64,000 nt of DNA, from NCBI RefSeq assembly GCF_004010195.1, contig NC_057720.1:17828964-17892963 (forward strand). Reading direction: 5' to 3'. The notes below the pieces were generated by a model. The model was given only the letters and a program-made list of their open reading frames with translations, ran no database searches and had not been told where the DNA came from. The translations under genes were made by a program, and so were the position numbers. Within the stretch, counting starts at the first letter, position 1; each line of letters begins with the position of its first letter. The stretch is from Chiloscyllium plagiosum (taxonomy: Eukaryota). Positions 1-12,409 of the stretch are shown here, piece after piece.

Positions 1-625
1 GCTCTACATATCAATTACGCCCTTGCCTTGAAGCTTACTTTTCCAGGCCACACATCCTAAGTCATGCCTCACCGCATCATAATTTCCCTGCCCCCAGCTA
101 TAACTCTTGCCCTGTAGTGCACTCTTATCCCTCTCCATCACTAGAGTAAAAGTCACCGCATTGTGGTCACTGTCCCCAAAGTGCTCACCTACCTCTAATT
201 CGAACAGCTGGCCTGGTTCGTTACCCAGAACCAAATCTAGTATGGCCTCACCTCTTGTTGGCCTATCTACATATTGTTTCAGGAAACCCTCCTGCACACA
301 TTGGACAAACACCGACCCATGTAACGAACTCGAGCTATAGCTTTCCCAGTCAATATCTGGAAAGTTAAAGTCCCCCATAACAACCACCCTATTACTTTCA
401 CTCTTCTCTTGAATCATCCTCGCAATCCTTTCTTCTACGTTTCTAGGACTATTAGGAGGCCTGTAAAAAAACTAACAGGGTGAGCTCACCTTTCCTATTC
501 CTAACTTCAGCCCAAACTACCTCAGATGGCGAGTCTTCATCCATTGTCCTTTCATCTTTGACAAGCAATGCCACACCTCCCCCTCTTTTACCCCCACCTC
601 TGACCCTACTAAAACATTTAAACCC
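1..625 (-). mobile_element. CR1/HER1-type LINE ORF2 fragment, AP-endonuclease domain (decayed)
   Basis: ORF 4..417 has VMGDFNFPDIDW, PTRGEAILDLVL and GDSDHN; ORF 452..712 has GGGVALLVK, typical of CR1 endonuclease. Confidence 0.92.
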
Positions 626-629
626 TGGA

Positions 630-960
630 ACTTGCAAGGTGTAATTTGCAAGGTGCACTGTAGGAACTCCTTGGACAGCACCTTTCAAATCCACAGCCAT
701 CCTGAAGGGCAAAGACAGAGGATATACAAAAAAATTGCCAGCTGCAAGGTTCCCTCCAGCCAGTCTATTCTGACATGGAAATATATTGCTACAGTTTATG
801 TTCCTGGGTTAAAATCCTGAACTCTGATTTTAGTTGCAATGTTGTTTATCTATACAAAATAGAAAGTAGCAATTCAAAAAAGCAGCTCAGCACCGCCTAT
901 CTCCTCCAGGGCAACTAGGACTGAGCAATAAAACTGGCTCAGCCAGTGAGATCCATCTAT
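630..960 (+). mobile_element. 3' end of a second CR1/L2-group LINE family
   Basis: Matches in reverse the element end at 35630-36020 (KVHCRNS vs KMHYRNS) and ends in the tail gggcaactagg..gcaataaa. Confidence 0.7.
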
Positions 961-979
961 TTGATGATTTAGTGAGTTT

Positions 980-1935
980 TGAGAAGATTTGTAGTTCAGG
1001 TTGAGGTTCTGGATCTAAGCTTGCTCGCTGAGCTGGAAAGTTCCTTTTTCAGATGTTTTATCACCATACTAGGTAACATCAGTGAGCCTCTGGTGAAGCA
1101 CTAGTGTTAGTGATCCGATTTCTATTTGTGTTTTAGGTTTCCTTGGGTTGGTGACGTCATTTCTTGTGATGTCATTTCCTGTTTTTTTTCGGAGGGTGGT
1201 AAATGGGGTCCAGGTAGGTGTTTGTTGATAGAGTTCTGGTTGGAATGTCATGCTTCTAGGAATGCTTGTGCATGTCTCTGTTTGGCTTTTCCTAGAATAG
1301 ATGTAAGGGTGCTAGTGAGAGTGGGTGGTCTCTTTTTATGGCTGGTTTTTTGCCTGTTTGTACAATGTAGTGTTTGTTACAGTTCTTCAAAGGTATTTCA
1401 TAAATTATATTAATTTTGCTTGTCTGTATTGAGTCTTTCAAGTTCATTAGCTGCTGTTTTAGTGTGGTGGGTTTGTGTGGGCTACCACGATGCCAAGAGA
1501 TTTGAGTAGTCTGGCAGTCATTTGAGATATCTTTGTAGGGGAGAGTAGCTAGGGTTTCTGGACACACTATTGTCTGCTTGTTTGGGTTTGCTGCTGAGAA
1601 ATCACCAGACTATGTTCATTGGGTACCCATTCTTTTTGAATACACTGTATAGGTGATTTTCCTTTGCTCTTTGTAGTTCCTCTGTGCTGCAGTGTGTGGT
1701 GGCTCATTGAAGTAATGTTCTATCACAGCTTTTTGTGGGTGTTGGGATGATTGCTTCTTGTAGTTCAGTATTTGGTTTGTATGTGTGTTTTCCTGGTTTG
1801 AAGTTCCCCATTGTCTGTTCGCTCTACTGTGACATCTAGGAATGACAGTTTGATGTTTTCCTCCTCTTCTGTGAATTTTATGCCAGTAAGGATATTATTG
1901 ATGGCCTTGAAGGTTTCCTCTAATTTGTTTCATTA
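980..1935 (-). mobile_element. Penelope-like element family B (Poseidon/Penelope-like), RT C-terminus, GIY-YIG and terminal repeat
   Basis: ORF 1292..1567 has NIIYEIPLKNCNKHYIVQTGKK (decayed GIY-YIG); terminal repeat resembles 34712-35458 and holds a decayed hammerhead motif near 1050-1085. Confidence 0.85.
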
Positions 1936-1999
1936 ATGAAAATGGGAAACGTGAGAAACAGTCTGTCATCTTGCTTTTTTGTGGTGTATCAACAATTTT

Positions 2000-2480
2000 G
2001 ACTTGAGTTTGGGGAAGATGATTATGACTTTTCCAAATGATTCAAAGTTTTGGCTTGTGTGGTTGAAGGTGAGCAAGAAAGCTGTATCCTGTGGGAAGAT
2101 ATCACTAAATTAGTCAGGTAGGTTGGAAAGTGATAAATAGAATTCAGTCGAAAGAAGAGTAAGAAAATGGATTTGGAAAGGGCAAGCAAGACAAGAGTAT
2201 TCTATAAATTGTGAGAAGTATAAAGGCATAGAATTAACTTTGGAGACCAAAGTTCTATGAAACAGTTCAAACAAAATGCAAGAAATTTTATAGCCAAGAC
2301 GTAGAATGTAAAGCAGGGTAATTATGCCTGAATTGTATACAACACTCGTTAGGCCACAACTGGATATTGTGAGCTATTCTACTCGTTGCAAAACAGGAAG
2401 AATGCTGGAAAGGTCACGGGAATTTTATGCAAATGTTGGCAGGACTGGAGACTTTTAGCTGAAGGAGAGGTTAAAGTGAG
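2000..2480 (+). mobile_element. Highly decayed CR1 RT fragment
   Basis: Resembles the RT 3' region of other copies (gttaggccacaactggatattgtg ~ LVRPQLEYCV). Confidence 0.55.
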
Positions 2481-2584
2481 CTGAAATTTTAATTGAGGGA
2501 TCAAGATGGAAGCAAGTGGGATGCATTATTTCTTTTAAAATATTCCTTCAACGCCGAAGCTTTCAACAGACCGAATTAACAATA

Positions 2585-2675
2585 ACAAAAACAGAAACTG
2601 CTGGCAAAGCTCTGATCTGGCAGCATCTGTGGGGAGAAAGCATAATTAATGTTTCCAGTCTGATGCCTCTTCAAA
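2585..2675 (-). mobile_element. PLE family C terminal-repeat fragment
   Basis: aaacagaaactgctggcaaagctc..tctggcagcatctgtggggagaaa recurs at about 4520-4630, 9340-9485, 20720-20800, 43200-43390 and 61750-61915. Confidence 0.65.
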
Positions 2676-5579
2676 ACGGTCCTAGTTATATTTTTCAAAT
2701 TCAATTGCAATTTTTCAAATTCAATTGCAAGCTATACAGTGCTTCTCCTTCAGCCGCCAGCTCAGTGGAACCTCTAGGGCAATGAAGGACTTATTAAAAA
2801 TTTGCAGGTCAAAATATGCCACAGGCCAACTTTGCGGAATCCTCAGCATTGCATTTCTTTAATGTGATATTGCTTCAATCTGACAGTGTTTCAGCTTTAC
2901 TATCCCAAAGAAGTGTACACAGACAAGTATTAAGGAAGGCTTCAGTGAGTCTTGTAACCGCATCATAAAGTCAGCTAGTGCTCAAATGTTTCATTAAATC
3001 AGAACACAGAAAGTAACTTTACTTGAATGCTTTGTTATAAATTTTTAATAAACTGTAAGAACAAATCTTTTGTCTTTTTGACGACTTGCTCATATGGGTG
3101 AACGGTTAATCTGTGAAACAGATTTTATCAATTTTTTAGAAATTTTCCTGGCATAAATCTCTCAGGATTTAGAGGTACCTTTTATTGTAAATTAACAGCA
3201 GCATTTTCCTATATATTGGGGTCAAATGCCCTTATACATTTGTATAGATTTTTTTAAAGCAGCTAGTAGTTTGGTAACGCTGGTTGGATTTCAGCCATGA
3301 CTGGTTAGGAAATATATTTCCTAAATTCATCATAAAAGTTACAACTTCTAAAATATGCAGTTTCCTGTACCTTACAGTTTTAAAATTGTTTTTATAATGA
3401 ATGTTACTAACCTAGGTCTTCAAACCTTTAGCTTTGAACTTGCCTGTTATGCTGATTTAATTCTTAGTTAACTTGATCAGTGTAGTTTACACTTGAGTCC
3501 TTTTTGAATGTACACTAAATGATACCAAAAGATCCAGATAACTGTATACAAATATGACCGTAGTATAAAATAGGCACTTGTTTCTCTTTTAGTTGTTCAG
3601 CATTACTGGTTCTTTATCACTGGGTAAAAGCTAATGGAAAGCTTTCAGTGCTTGAGTTGGAAAAAATGTCTTGGCTGATGTTTGTCTGAATTGGCTGATG
3701 GCACTGAATTGTGGCCCATTTTGCTACGGAGCTTAGATTTAATCCTCCAAGATTTTCACCTAAAAGCTTAAGCGTGGTTTGCTACACTGGGAATAGTGTG
3801 TTAGCTTTGGGGTATACAGTTTAAACATACTTCAGCTGATGTGAATCACCATACAAAAGCCAACAGTCGTTTCAGTTAACTCTGCTATTCGGAGACGTAC
3901 ACAAGGGGCTGTGTTTAGCTAACTTTCACAGTTTCAGGATAGATTCCTAATGGTCTCGGCTCCAGGACGTTTTTCATTTACATTATTTTAAGTAAAACAT
4001 GCAAAATTAAACTTGTATTATTTAATTAAAGAAGACTTAAATATAACTTTTGAAGTATTTATCTTCAGTGTTATAGGAGCTGTGTTCTTTTTGTGTACAG
4101 GAGCAGATCATCTGATGCATTGACCCAAGTTTTTCTGTTGAGATCAATATCTGTCACTGTAAATTTTGCCCACCGGTTTGCATTAATAACTTGTTCCATA
4201 TTTTCCTGCATTTCTAATTTAAGTGCACTTGCAGCAGACATGGTCACATATCAGAACAGGCAGGGTCTTTTACTTCCCAGCAGAAATTTCTCAAGTTTGT
4301 TGGTGGGCAGAGGGTGCAGGAGACAACAGTTGGGATTGATGTGGAGTGGTAGGTATAGGAATTAGCCACTAGAAATAGCAACAGGAATATATAAAAGCAT
4401 TTAAATCTTCATAACAAATGATTTAGCCAAGCTAGGACTGAAGCAGGTTGAAGTTGCAATTTATTCTAGATTTTTTTCAAATGTTGAATACGACTGATCA
4501 AACTTTAGTAGATTAGGTACAAAATCAAAAATGGCTGCAAAAACTCAGCAAATGTGGCAGCTTCTGTGAAGAGAAAACCGAGCTAATGTTTTGGGCTCAG
4601 AAACCCTTCAGAACCAGTTCTGATGCCAGATTATGTAAACATGCAAGTTCTTACAGGAAAGTCTTTTGTGATGTCAGGCCAAATTGATAAAACTGTTAAA
4701 TGCATAAAACTAGCATTTTATGTGGAGTGAGTATGAGGGCAAAAGTTACTGTTACTGTTGAGGGAGTTACTGTTATCTCAACATTGGCAAATTACCTTCA
4801 GGTGTTAGGCTTAAAGCTTAAAACCATCTACCCCTCCTCCACACTAATTAGGTTGACCAAGCAGTTGGTCCCCATTCTGGTTCTAATACCTCCAGATGTA
4901 ACATGGAGTCATTTTTGTATGATATTCCTGTAAAGCACCTGGGACACTTACCACTTTAAGGGTACTTTTATAATGCAAGTAGTTGTCACTATAAGCTGAT
5001 TTTTATCATTGTGTAGGAATACAGGAAATGGGAACAGGAATAGACCAGTGAGTATATCAAGCGTATTGTGCCGTTATACTCAATCATCTACTTAATCATC
5101 ATTTTCCTTCACAATTCCCATCCATTTCCCTTAGTATGTATAATATCCAGAATATACTTATTGACCCTCTACAGTCCTCCTAGGATTCCAAAGATCACCA
5201 TCTTTATAGGATAATAAATTTCTCCTCATCAGAGGTCTAAATGATGTACCTCTATTTCGGAGTCTTTATCATATAGTTCTGGCAATATTTCTCTCTTGCT
5301 TACTCTATAGTAATTTAATTTTTAATAGGAACCATTCAACTTTAAACTTTATTCCAAGTAATTTAGAGAGAATTAATGGATTTGACCTTTTTTTTAAACT
5401 TTTCTTTCTTTCTCATTGTGGAGAAGCAAGTTTGGTTTGGAAGCGGGGAGAGACTGTTGATATGGTGTGAACATTATTAGTTCTGGTGATACTCCAATCA
5501 ATGAAGAAATGTGAGTGAGAACATGGAACAGGAGATGTAGTGTAATGAATGTTAGCCTTTCCTCATTTGGTATTCTATT

Positions 5580-5835
5580 CACCTCTGACTCAGGATTAAG
5601 ACATAAGCTGATACCTCCGTGCATGTGGTACTGACAATGCTATGCAGTTGAAGTTGCTATGTTTTGGATGAAATACTAATGAGGCTATCAAAGCCCTCAG
5701 GCAAATCTAATGGGTAACTGTATTGACTCAAGGAAAAGTTCACCTTGTGCTGTTGCCAATATTTATCTCTTAACCAACGTCACAGAAAAAACACATAATC
5801 TGATCATTAAGTCATTGTTATTTGTGTGCCCTTGG
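5580..5835 (+). mobile_element. DeuSINE-like (SacSINE1/AmnSINE1-type) SINE, decayed and cut by the gap
   Basis: ttttggatgaaatactaatgaggc...tgccaatatttatctcttaaccaacgtcac...tctgatcatta resembles the Deu domain as recalled. Confidence 0.6.
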
Positions 5836-6339
5836 CCTANNNNNNNNNNNNNNNNNNNNNNNNNNNNNNNNNNNNNNNNNNNNNNNNNNNNNNNNNNNNN
5901 NNNNNNNNNNNNNNNNNNNNNNNNNNNNNNNNNNNNNNNNNNNNNNNNNNNNNNNNNNNNNNNNNNNNNNNNNNNNNNNNNNNNNNNNNNNNNNNNNNNN
6001 NNNNNNNNNNNNNNNNNNNNNNNNNNNNNNNNNNNNNNNNNNNNNNNNNNNNNNNNNNNNNNNNNNNNNNNNNNNNNNNNNNNNNNNNNNNNNNNNNNNN
6101 NNNNNNNNNNNNNNNNNNNNNNNNNNNNNNNNNNNNNNNNNNNNNNNNNNNNNNNNNNNNNNNNNNNNNNNNNNNNNNNNNNNNNNNNNNNNNNNNNNNN
6201 NNNNNNNNNNNNNNNNNNNNNNNNNNNNNNNNNNNNNNNNNNNNNNNNNNNNNNNNNNNNNNNNNNNNNNNNNNNNNNNNNNNNNNNNNNNNNNNNNNNN
6301 NNNNNNNNNNNNNNNNNNNNNNNNNNNNNNNNNNNNNNN

Positions 6340-6765
6340 CCCTGAAGGTTGCTGCACAGGTGGATAGAGTAGTCAAGAAGGCAGTATGGTATGCTTACCC
6401 TCATTGGACATGGTATTGAGTATAAGAGCTGGCAGGTCATGTTAAAACTGTACAAGACATTGGTTTGGCCGCATTTAGAATACTGTGTACAGTTCTGGTC
6501 GCCACATTATCAAAAGGATGTGGACGCTTTGGAGAGGGTGCAGAGAAGGTTTACGAGGATGTTGCCTGGTATGGAAGGTGCTAGCTATGAAGAGGTTGAG
6601 TAGTTTAGGATTGTTTTCATTAGGAAAAAGGAGATTAAGGGGGGACCTTGTTGAGGTCTACAAAATCATGAAGGGTATAGACAGGATATATAGCGATAAG
6701 TTTTTTCCCAAGGTGAAGGATCCAATAATGAGAGGTCACGCTTTTAAGGCGAGAGGAGAAAAGTT
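6340..6765 (+). mobile_element. CR1 LINE RT C-terminal fragment
   Basis: ORF 6391..6603 LYKTLVWPHLEYCVQFWSPHYQKDVDALERVQRRFTRMLPG; ORF 6485..6895 RRLRGDLVEVYKIMKG. Confidence 0.93.
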
Positions 6766-6975
6766 TAGATTAGATTACATTACATTACAGCGTGGAAACA
6801 GGCCCTTCGGCCCAACAAGTCCACACCGACCCGCCGAAGCGCAACCAACCCATACCCCTACATTTACCCCTTACCTAACACTACGGGCAATTTAGTATGG
6901 CCAATTCACCTGACCCTGCACATCTTTGGACTGTGGGAGGAAACCGGAGCACCCGGAGGAAACCCACGCAGACAA
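6765..6975 (-). mobile_element. HE1-type SINE, 5'-truncated
   Basis: Reverse complement of the body and tail of 7031-7358 (ggaaacaggcccttcggccc; ctttggactgtgggaggaaaccggagcacccggaggaaacccacgcagac). Confidence 0.85.
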
Positions 6976-7030
6976 CTTCTGAGGCCTTTATGAGCAGGGT
7001 AAAAAAAATTGTTTCCTTGGAAATTAAACA

Positions 7031-7358
7031 GGCAGCACAGTGGCTCAGTGGTTAGCACTGCTGCCTCGCAGCACCAGGGACCCAGGTTCAATTCCTGCCT
7101 TGGGCAACTGTCTGTGTGGAGTTTGCACATTATTCCCTGTATCTGCCTGGGTTTCCTCCTGGTGTTCCGGTTTCCTCCCACAGTCCAAAGATGTGCAGGT
7201 CAGGTGAATTGGCCTTGCTAGATCACCCATAGTGTTAGGTGGGTTAGTCGGGGGTAAGTGTAGGGGATTGGGTCTGGGTGGGTTGCTCTTAGGAGGATCA
7301 GTATGGACTTGTTGAGCTGAAGGGCCTGTTCCCACACTGTAGGGAATCTAATCTAACC
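7031..7358 (+). mobile_element. HE1-type tRNA-derived SINE, near full length
   Basis: A box TGGCTCAGTGG 7041-7051, B box GGTTCAATTCC 7085-7095, central gggtttcctcctggtgttccggtttcctcccacagtccaaagatgtgcagg, CR1-like tail ending in (TCTAA)n. Confidence 0.9.
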
Positions 7359-8078
7359 TAAAAATTAGTTGGCGTAAGGTCTAAGCTTTGAAGAATAATT
7401 GAATTCCTGTTAAATCATTATTACAGAATAGTGAGAGAAAAATACTAGGCTCAAAGACAAATAAAAAGCAGAGAAAACTGATATTCAGAGTTTCAACAGT
7501 TAAATTAAATTTAATATTTACCTCCGATAAGCTAGAGGATACCTAGATTAGAATAAATATGCCCTAACTGAGGCGAGTTTAGACATATCTACCAGGTCCC
7601 TGCAATATAACATCATGCATTTAGTACAACTGAAAATGAAGCCAGAGAGTAAGATGACATTTCTGTACAACTTGTGGAGGAGGAGTACCCCTCAAACAAT
7701 AACTTGAGGATTTTTGTCTTCAAATGTGCAACTGCATTTCCTGAAAGCTGCTGTCCAGTTTATCTGTGAATGATAGTAGCATGAATATTAATTTATTAAC
7801 AAGATCTGGCCCATGGCCATTGAGCAAATTTTAAGAAATTTTTTGTTTTGGAAGTAGTCTTTCTTCTCAAAATGGCAGTGAATAATAACAGTGGATCTTC
7901 TAAAGCTTCATGTTTGTATCATTTAATGGGAGGTATCATTGTGAAATGTACTAAGTATGTAAATGCAAGATTATTCTTGCAAACTAGTTTGATCTAGATG
8001 TGGATGGTTCTTGCAAAGTTAAAAGGGAGAGTATTTATGATTTCAGTTTTTGTAAGATTACGGTGTGCCATCACATGA

Positions 8079-8090
8079 CCACTAGATGGC
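8079..8090 (+). promoter_or_regulatory. Candidate CTCF core site
   Basis: CCACTAGATGGC fits the consensus CCASYAGRKGGC and lies in unique sequence. Confidence 0.45.
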
Positions 8091-8689
8091 TGTCCAAAAG
8101 CAGTATAAGCGTGCAACCATAAACCTGTAAATTACATTGTTTATCACTAATGTGCCAAATTTAATGTGTTTGCCCTTATCCATAGACAGTCCAAAGTAGC
8201 TTTCTGTCCAAATTGAAATTCACTTACTCTGTATTAATTGGTTGAACCTTTTTTGTTGTGGAAGTTCTGAACAAAGACTGAACTATAATATAGTCACTAA
8301 GTCAAATTGCAGGGGACCTGCCATAAATTTTTGTTAAGCTGAGTTTCACATATCCAAAACAGCATCGGCATAACTCTATTCACTTACAAATATGTTCTTT
8401 TCTTTTAGGAAATAAGGATAAAGTGATTGTAAAAAGAGGTGAATAAGTTTTTACATAGTGTGAACAAATTGAGAATACTGGCCTGACCATGTACAGTAAA
8501 GGCATTGAAATACAATACTATATTTAGCTGCAGAAAATCTTCTGGTGTGCTGTCTTTGGATTAGTCCATCATGTTATCAGTACAGTCAAACATTTGTGAT
8601 TTTTGTGCTGCAGTGCAAACTTCTACAGCATGTTTACAGCCTTTACAGCTTCAATTCAGTAAACAGGCAGGTGAGCAGGTGGATATTCA

Positions 8690-9060
8690 TTGTACTCTTC
8701 GGAGTCATCAGGGTGGCAACCTTCATCTTTCACTCATACATATTGTCACTTTACTGTTACATGTCTCAAAAATACTAGAGTTCATCTGAGTGGTTTTGTT
8801 AGCCTTGTATTATGTGCATGGTGCCTCATTATTCACACAGTGTGGCATCTTGGACTTCCATCGCAAGAAGTGGCAGCTGCTTCGTGTTATCCATGTTGGT
8901 GATGGTCATTGTACTCTCTCATTCAATGCTTCTCTTCTGTTTCATCCTATTGATAATGTCTGTTGGTGCATACTCATTCAGGATGAGAGTTAGACCATTT
9001 TGCAGCCAATATTGCAGGCATACTCATGATTTCTTGCACTAGTGTGACCTAATTCTGCTC
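8690..9060 (-). mobile_element. pogo/Tigger DNA-transposase fossil
   Basis: Manual minus-strand translation across frameshifts: LNEYAPTDIIN-DET ... TNMDNTKQLPLLAM-KSKMPHCVNNEAPCT*YKANKTTQMNSSIFET, matching Tigger DDE motifs. Confidence 0.75.
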
Positions 9061-9339
9061 AGGGTGTTTGGCACAGTCATATGACAAGCATGCACAAGTT
9101 TGGTTAATCTGGAGTCATCAGTGAAATTTCACCTTAGCACATGCATCTTTCATTTGGATTTTCTATTCTGCCAGAGAGGATAGCTGACAACGTCACCACA
9201 ACCAGAACTTCAGGTTACCCAATTTGACTCCTCATGAGCAGTGATGAGCATTTGATAAGCCTAAAGATATATGCATTTGTCATCTGGGAGTAGGAACAAA
9301 TGGTGCTTTAAGTGTTGAGTAGGTGGATTAGACCATGTG

Positions 9340-9485
9340 TAAAAACCAAAAAGAAACCATGGATGCTGTAACTCAGAAACAAAAACAGCAATTGCTGGAA
9401 AAGCTCACCAGGTTCTGAGGAAGAGTCACCGACCTGAAACGTTAACTGATTTCTCTCCGCAGTTACTACCAGACTTGCTGAGCTA
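9340..9485. mobile_element. PLE family C short head-to-head unit
   Basis: Inverted terminal-repeat halves joined near 9410. Confidence 0.7.
9411..9447 (+). ncRNA. Minimal type I hammerhead ribozyme motif, PLE family C
   Basis: GGTT-CTGAGGA-A-GAGTC acc GACCT-GAAAC-GTT-AACT; stem I GGTT/AACT; one mismatch in stem II. Confidence 0.65.
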
Positions 9486-9489
9486 GACC

Positions 9490-10700
9490 ATATGTAGGCC
9501 ATTTAGCCCATCAAGTCTGTTCTGCTATTCAGTGAGATCATGGCTGATCTGATATAATGCTCAGCTCCACTTTCTTACCTTTTTCCCATAACCCTTGATT
9601 CCCTGATTGGATTAAAAATCTGTCTATCTCAGCCTTGAATATACTTAACGACCCAGCCTCGACAGTCCTCTGCGGTAAAGAACTAAAGATTCAGTATCCT
9701 CTGAGAAGAAATTCACCTCATCTCTGTCTTAAATGCGTGACCCTTTATTCTGAGATTATGCTCTTTAGTCCTAGTTTTTCCAACAAGCAGAAATGACCTT
9801 TCCACATCCATCTTCACAAGTATTCTTTTAAATATCCAATAAGTACAAGGCCTATCAGCTCCTCTGTCTACTCATAAGACTGTCACTCCATGCCTGGTAT
9901 CAGCCTAATCAACCTTTTCTGCATACTCCAATGCTAGTACATCTTTCCCTGGATAAGGACCCCAAAACTGTTCACATTATTCCAGCTGTGGTCTAATTAG
10001 TATCTTGAATTCTTTGAGAGAAACCTCCTTGCTTTTATACTCTCTCTCCCCATAGAAATAACAGCCAATATTCCATTTGCCTTCCCTATTACCCCTTGAA
10101 TTTGGGTGCTAGCATTGTCATTCCCAAATCCTTCTGATCTTTTGTATTCTGTAGTCTTTCTCAATTTGAACAATGTTCAGCTCCTCTTCCGGCTAAATTG
10201 TATAACCTCACATTTTCCTACCTTGTGTTTGATCTGCCAAATCTTTACCGACTTGCTTAACCAGTCTCTATCCATCTACGGACTCTGCGTTATCCTCATC
10301 CCTTGCCTTCACCTTTTTTTTTTGTCTTCTGAAAACTTGGCGACAGTACATTCACTTTGCGCACCTGTATATCTGAAAACCGGAGGACCATCCAGTTTCT
10401 TGATAAAAGATATTTTCAGTTTTTGGGTCCATTTTGTCTGTTCAGGAGTAAAAGAAATTCGCTTAACCTGAATTGGCCAAAGGCCTTAATTCAGCATGTC
10501 CAAAGGACTACTCAGGTATGCTTCCGAAAAAACTTTAGTTTTTAAGTCCTTTTGGTATACAGATGTACGGATAAAGGATTCCTGACCTGTATTGTAGATA
10601 ATTGTGACTCTAATGTTGATTACTGACATTCCCACTAGTTACAGCTTACTTCCTGAACATGCCCCTTTTTATCCTAATTCTGTCTTCTATTAGTTAGTTG
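9490..10700 (-). mobile_element. CR1 LINE 3' portion, decayed, interrupted at 10364-10589
   Basis: Tail gtaggccatttagcccatcaagtctg..gagatcatggctgatctg followed by RT-like sequence. Confidence 0.8.
10364..10589. mobile_element. Tigger-like MITE; related end at about 26470-26530
   Basis: Right end cggataaaggattcctgacctg|TA resembles Tigger4/MER46-type TIRs; left TIR is degenerate. Confidence 0.55.
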
Positions 10701-10804
10701 GGAAGTCTGTACATTGCCTCTGCCTCTGTTGCCTAGACATTACAATCGTGAGTTCCCAATGAAGTCTTTCAATGGGCCTGTGCCTTCTTAATTGATCTTG
10801 CTCA

Positions 10805-11145
10805 GTTTGGTGGAGAGAAAGCAGAATTAATTTTTTGAGTCCAGTGACCATTCTTCAGAACAGATTACAAATAGGAAATGGTTGGCATGTATACTGGAGA
10901 TGAGATGGGGAGAAGTGGGAGAGCAAATGGATTTACCTTCACTTCCCTCAGTCTAATCTACTGTATTTGCTACTCACAATGTGATCTCTTCTACATGAGA
11001 CAAAAAATACAGACTGTGCGACTGCTTTGCAGAACACCCATGTTCTCCTCTCTGCAAAAAGACTCTGAGCTTCCTGTTGTCTCTCACTTCAATGCACCAC
11101 CTTGTTCCCTGGCCAACATCTCTTTCAGGATTGCTGCAGTTTTGT
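10805..11145. mobile_element. PLE family C remnant: inverted terminal repeat plus GIY-YIG fragment
   Basis: ORF 10878..11150 FTFTSLSLIYCICYSQCDLFY; PVVSHFNAPPCS. Confidence 0.7.
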
Positions 11146-11839
11146 ATTGATTGCTTGTCGGTCTCACAAATAGAAAGCAGAAGAGAACAAATGATAGAGG
11201 AATTGATTGTTTCCAGTTCTGTAAAACAGTTGGATTTATAATGTAAACTGTGTCAAGGTTCTTCACAAGCAGCCTTCAAACATAATTTGACACCCTTCAA
11301 ACATAATTTGACACCTATCTCTACATGAGATATTGAGACAATTAGTCAAAAGCCTGGTCAAAGTGATGTGTAATATTCGGCAAGCAAATAAGGAAGTAAA
11401 AATGCTGAGTTGGCAATGAAACCAATTTATTCCATGATTCATATATATTGTGTTCTACCCTGATCCCTGTTGCACTCTAGCTGATTGGTTCTTCAAAGTT
11501 TTAGTGCTCACGTTTCTGCAATGGTAGAAGCTATCTATTGAGCTTCAAACCAGGAGATAATTCTACGATTTTCCAATTCACTTAATGTCACATCAAATTA
11601 CAGTCATTCAGGAACAATTATTCTAAGACTCTGACACTTGTTTCCTGCACAGTTCATCCTTATTCTTAGAATGAGTGGCAATTTGACATGTTCAAAAGGA
11701 TTGAGTAATGTAAGCTCATCTATTAATGAATACAGTGTGCGTTTCAAACCTGTCTTAAATTTATCACAAATTGTCAGTCCCTAGCTGTCACTTTTATATG
11801 GCATATAATTAACTTTTAGGCTCTCTTGGTAGCTCAGTC

Positions 11840-12037
11840 TAGTCAGTTCTGATACAACACAATAGTTCCATTCTCACGTAATCCCAATTTGTAAGAAACT
11901 CGTGTAATGGGACGGGAATTGTGTGATAGCCAACGTAGGTAAGGAAAGTTCGCATTCTACAAATAACTGTCTAAATTCTTCAATAGCATTAAAGCCAATT
12001 CACGTTGAAGAAACACACATGATAGTATAACCAACTG
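11840..12037. mobile_element. Tigger-like MITE, decayed
   Basis: Imperfect TIRs agtcagttctgatacaac / gatagtataaccaactg; similar to 24696-24912. Confidence 0.6.
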
Positions 12038-12409
12038 TGTTACAGTATTCTGAAATTTCTCCTCTTACTGTACATCACTAGTTCTGGAGTTTCCTAATGA
12101 TCTATCCTTGGCCATCTCTACATGCCCGAGGGTGCACCATCGCAATCAGTGCTGGGTTCCTTATTGTCAGTGTTGTTTATATGCAATATAGAACAAAAGA
12201 TTGGCTGGGTGGTTGAGAGTGAGGAAGAAGGACCGAAGTTACAGGATCCATTGATGATATGAACAGATTTCAGAATGGCAGGACACCAGGAGGTTCAGAA
12301 GAATAGCAAGGTCTTGGGGTGGTCATTCATACATCCCTGAAGGTAGTAAGATAGGTTAATAAGAAGTTAAGGAGGCATGTAGAACAGTACTCTTTTCCCC
12401 TCTCATTTG

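Noticed and set aside
2691..2730. 20-bp tandem duplication (similar 21-bp at 11273-11314 and 13-bp at 17041)
   Set aside because: Ordinary slippage or repair duplications with no sign of function
5710..6455. Long ORFs of 179-230 aa (also ORFs at 31652-32099 and 37456-38398)
   Set aside because: They run through N gaps and are artefacts
7031..7100. tRNA gene
   Set aside because: A/B boxes run into a SINE body and tail; no complete cloverleaf
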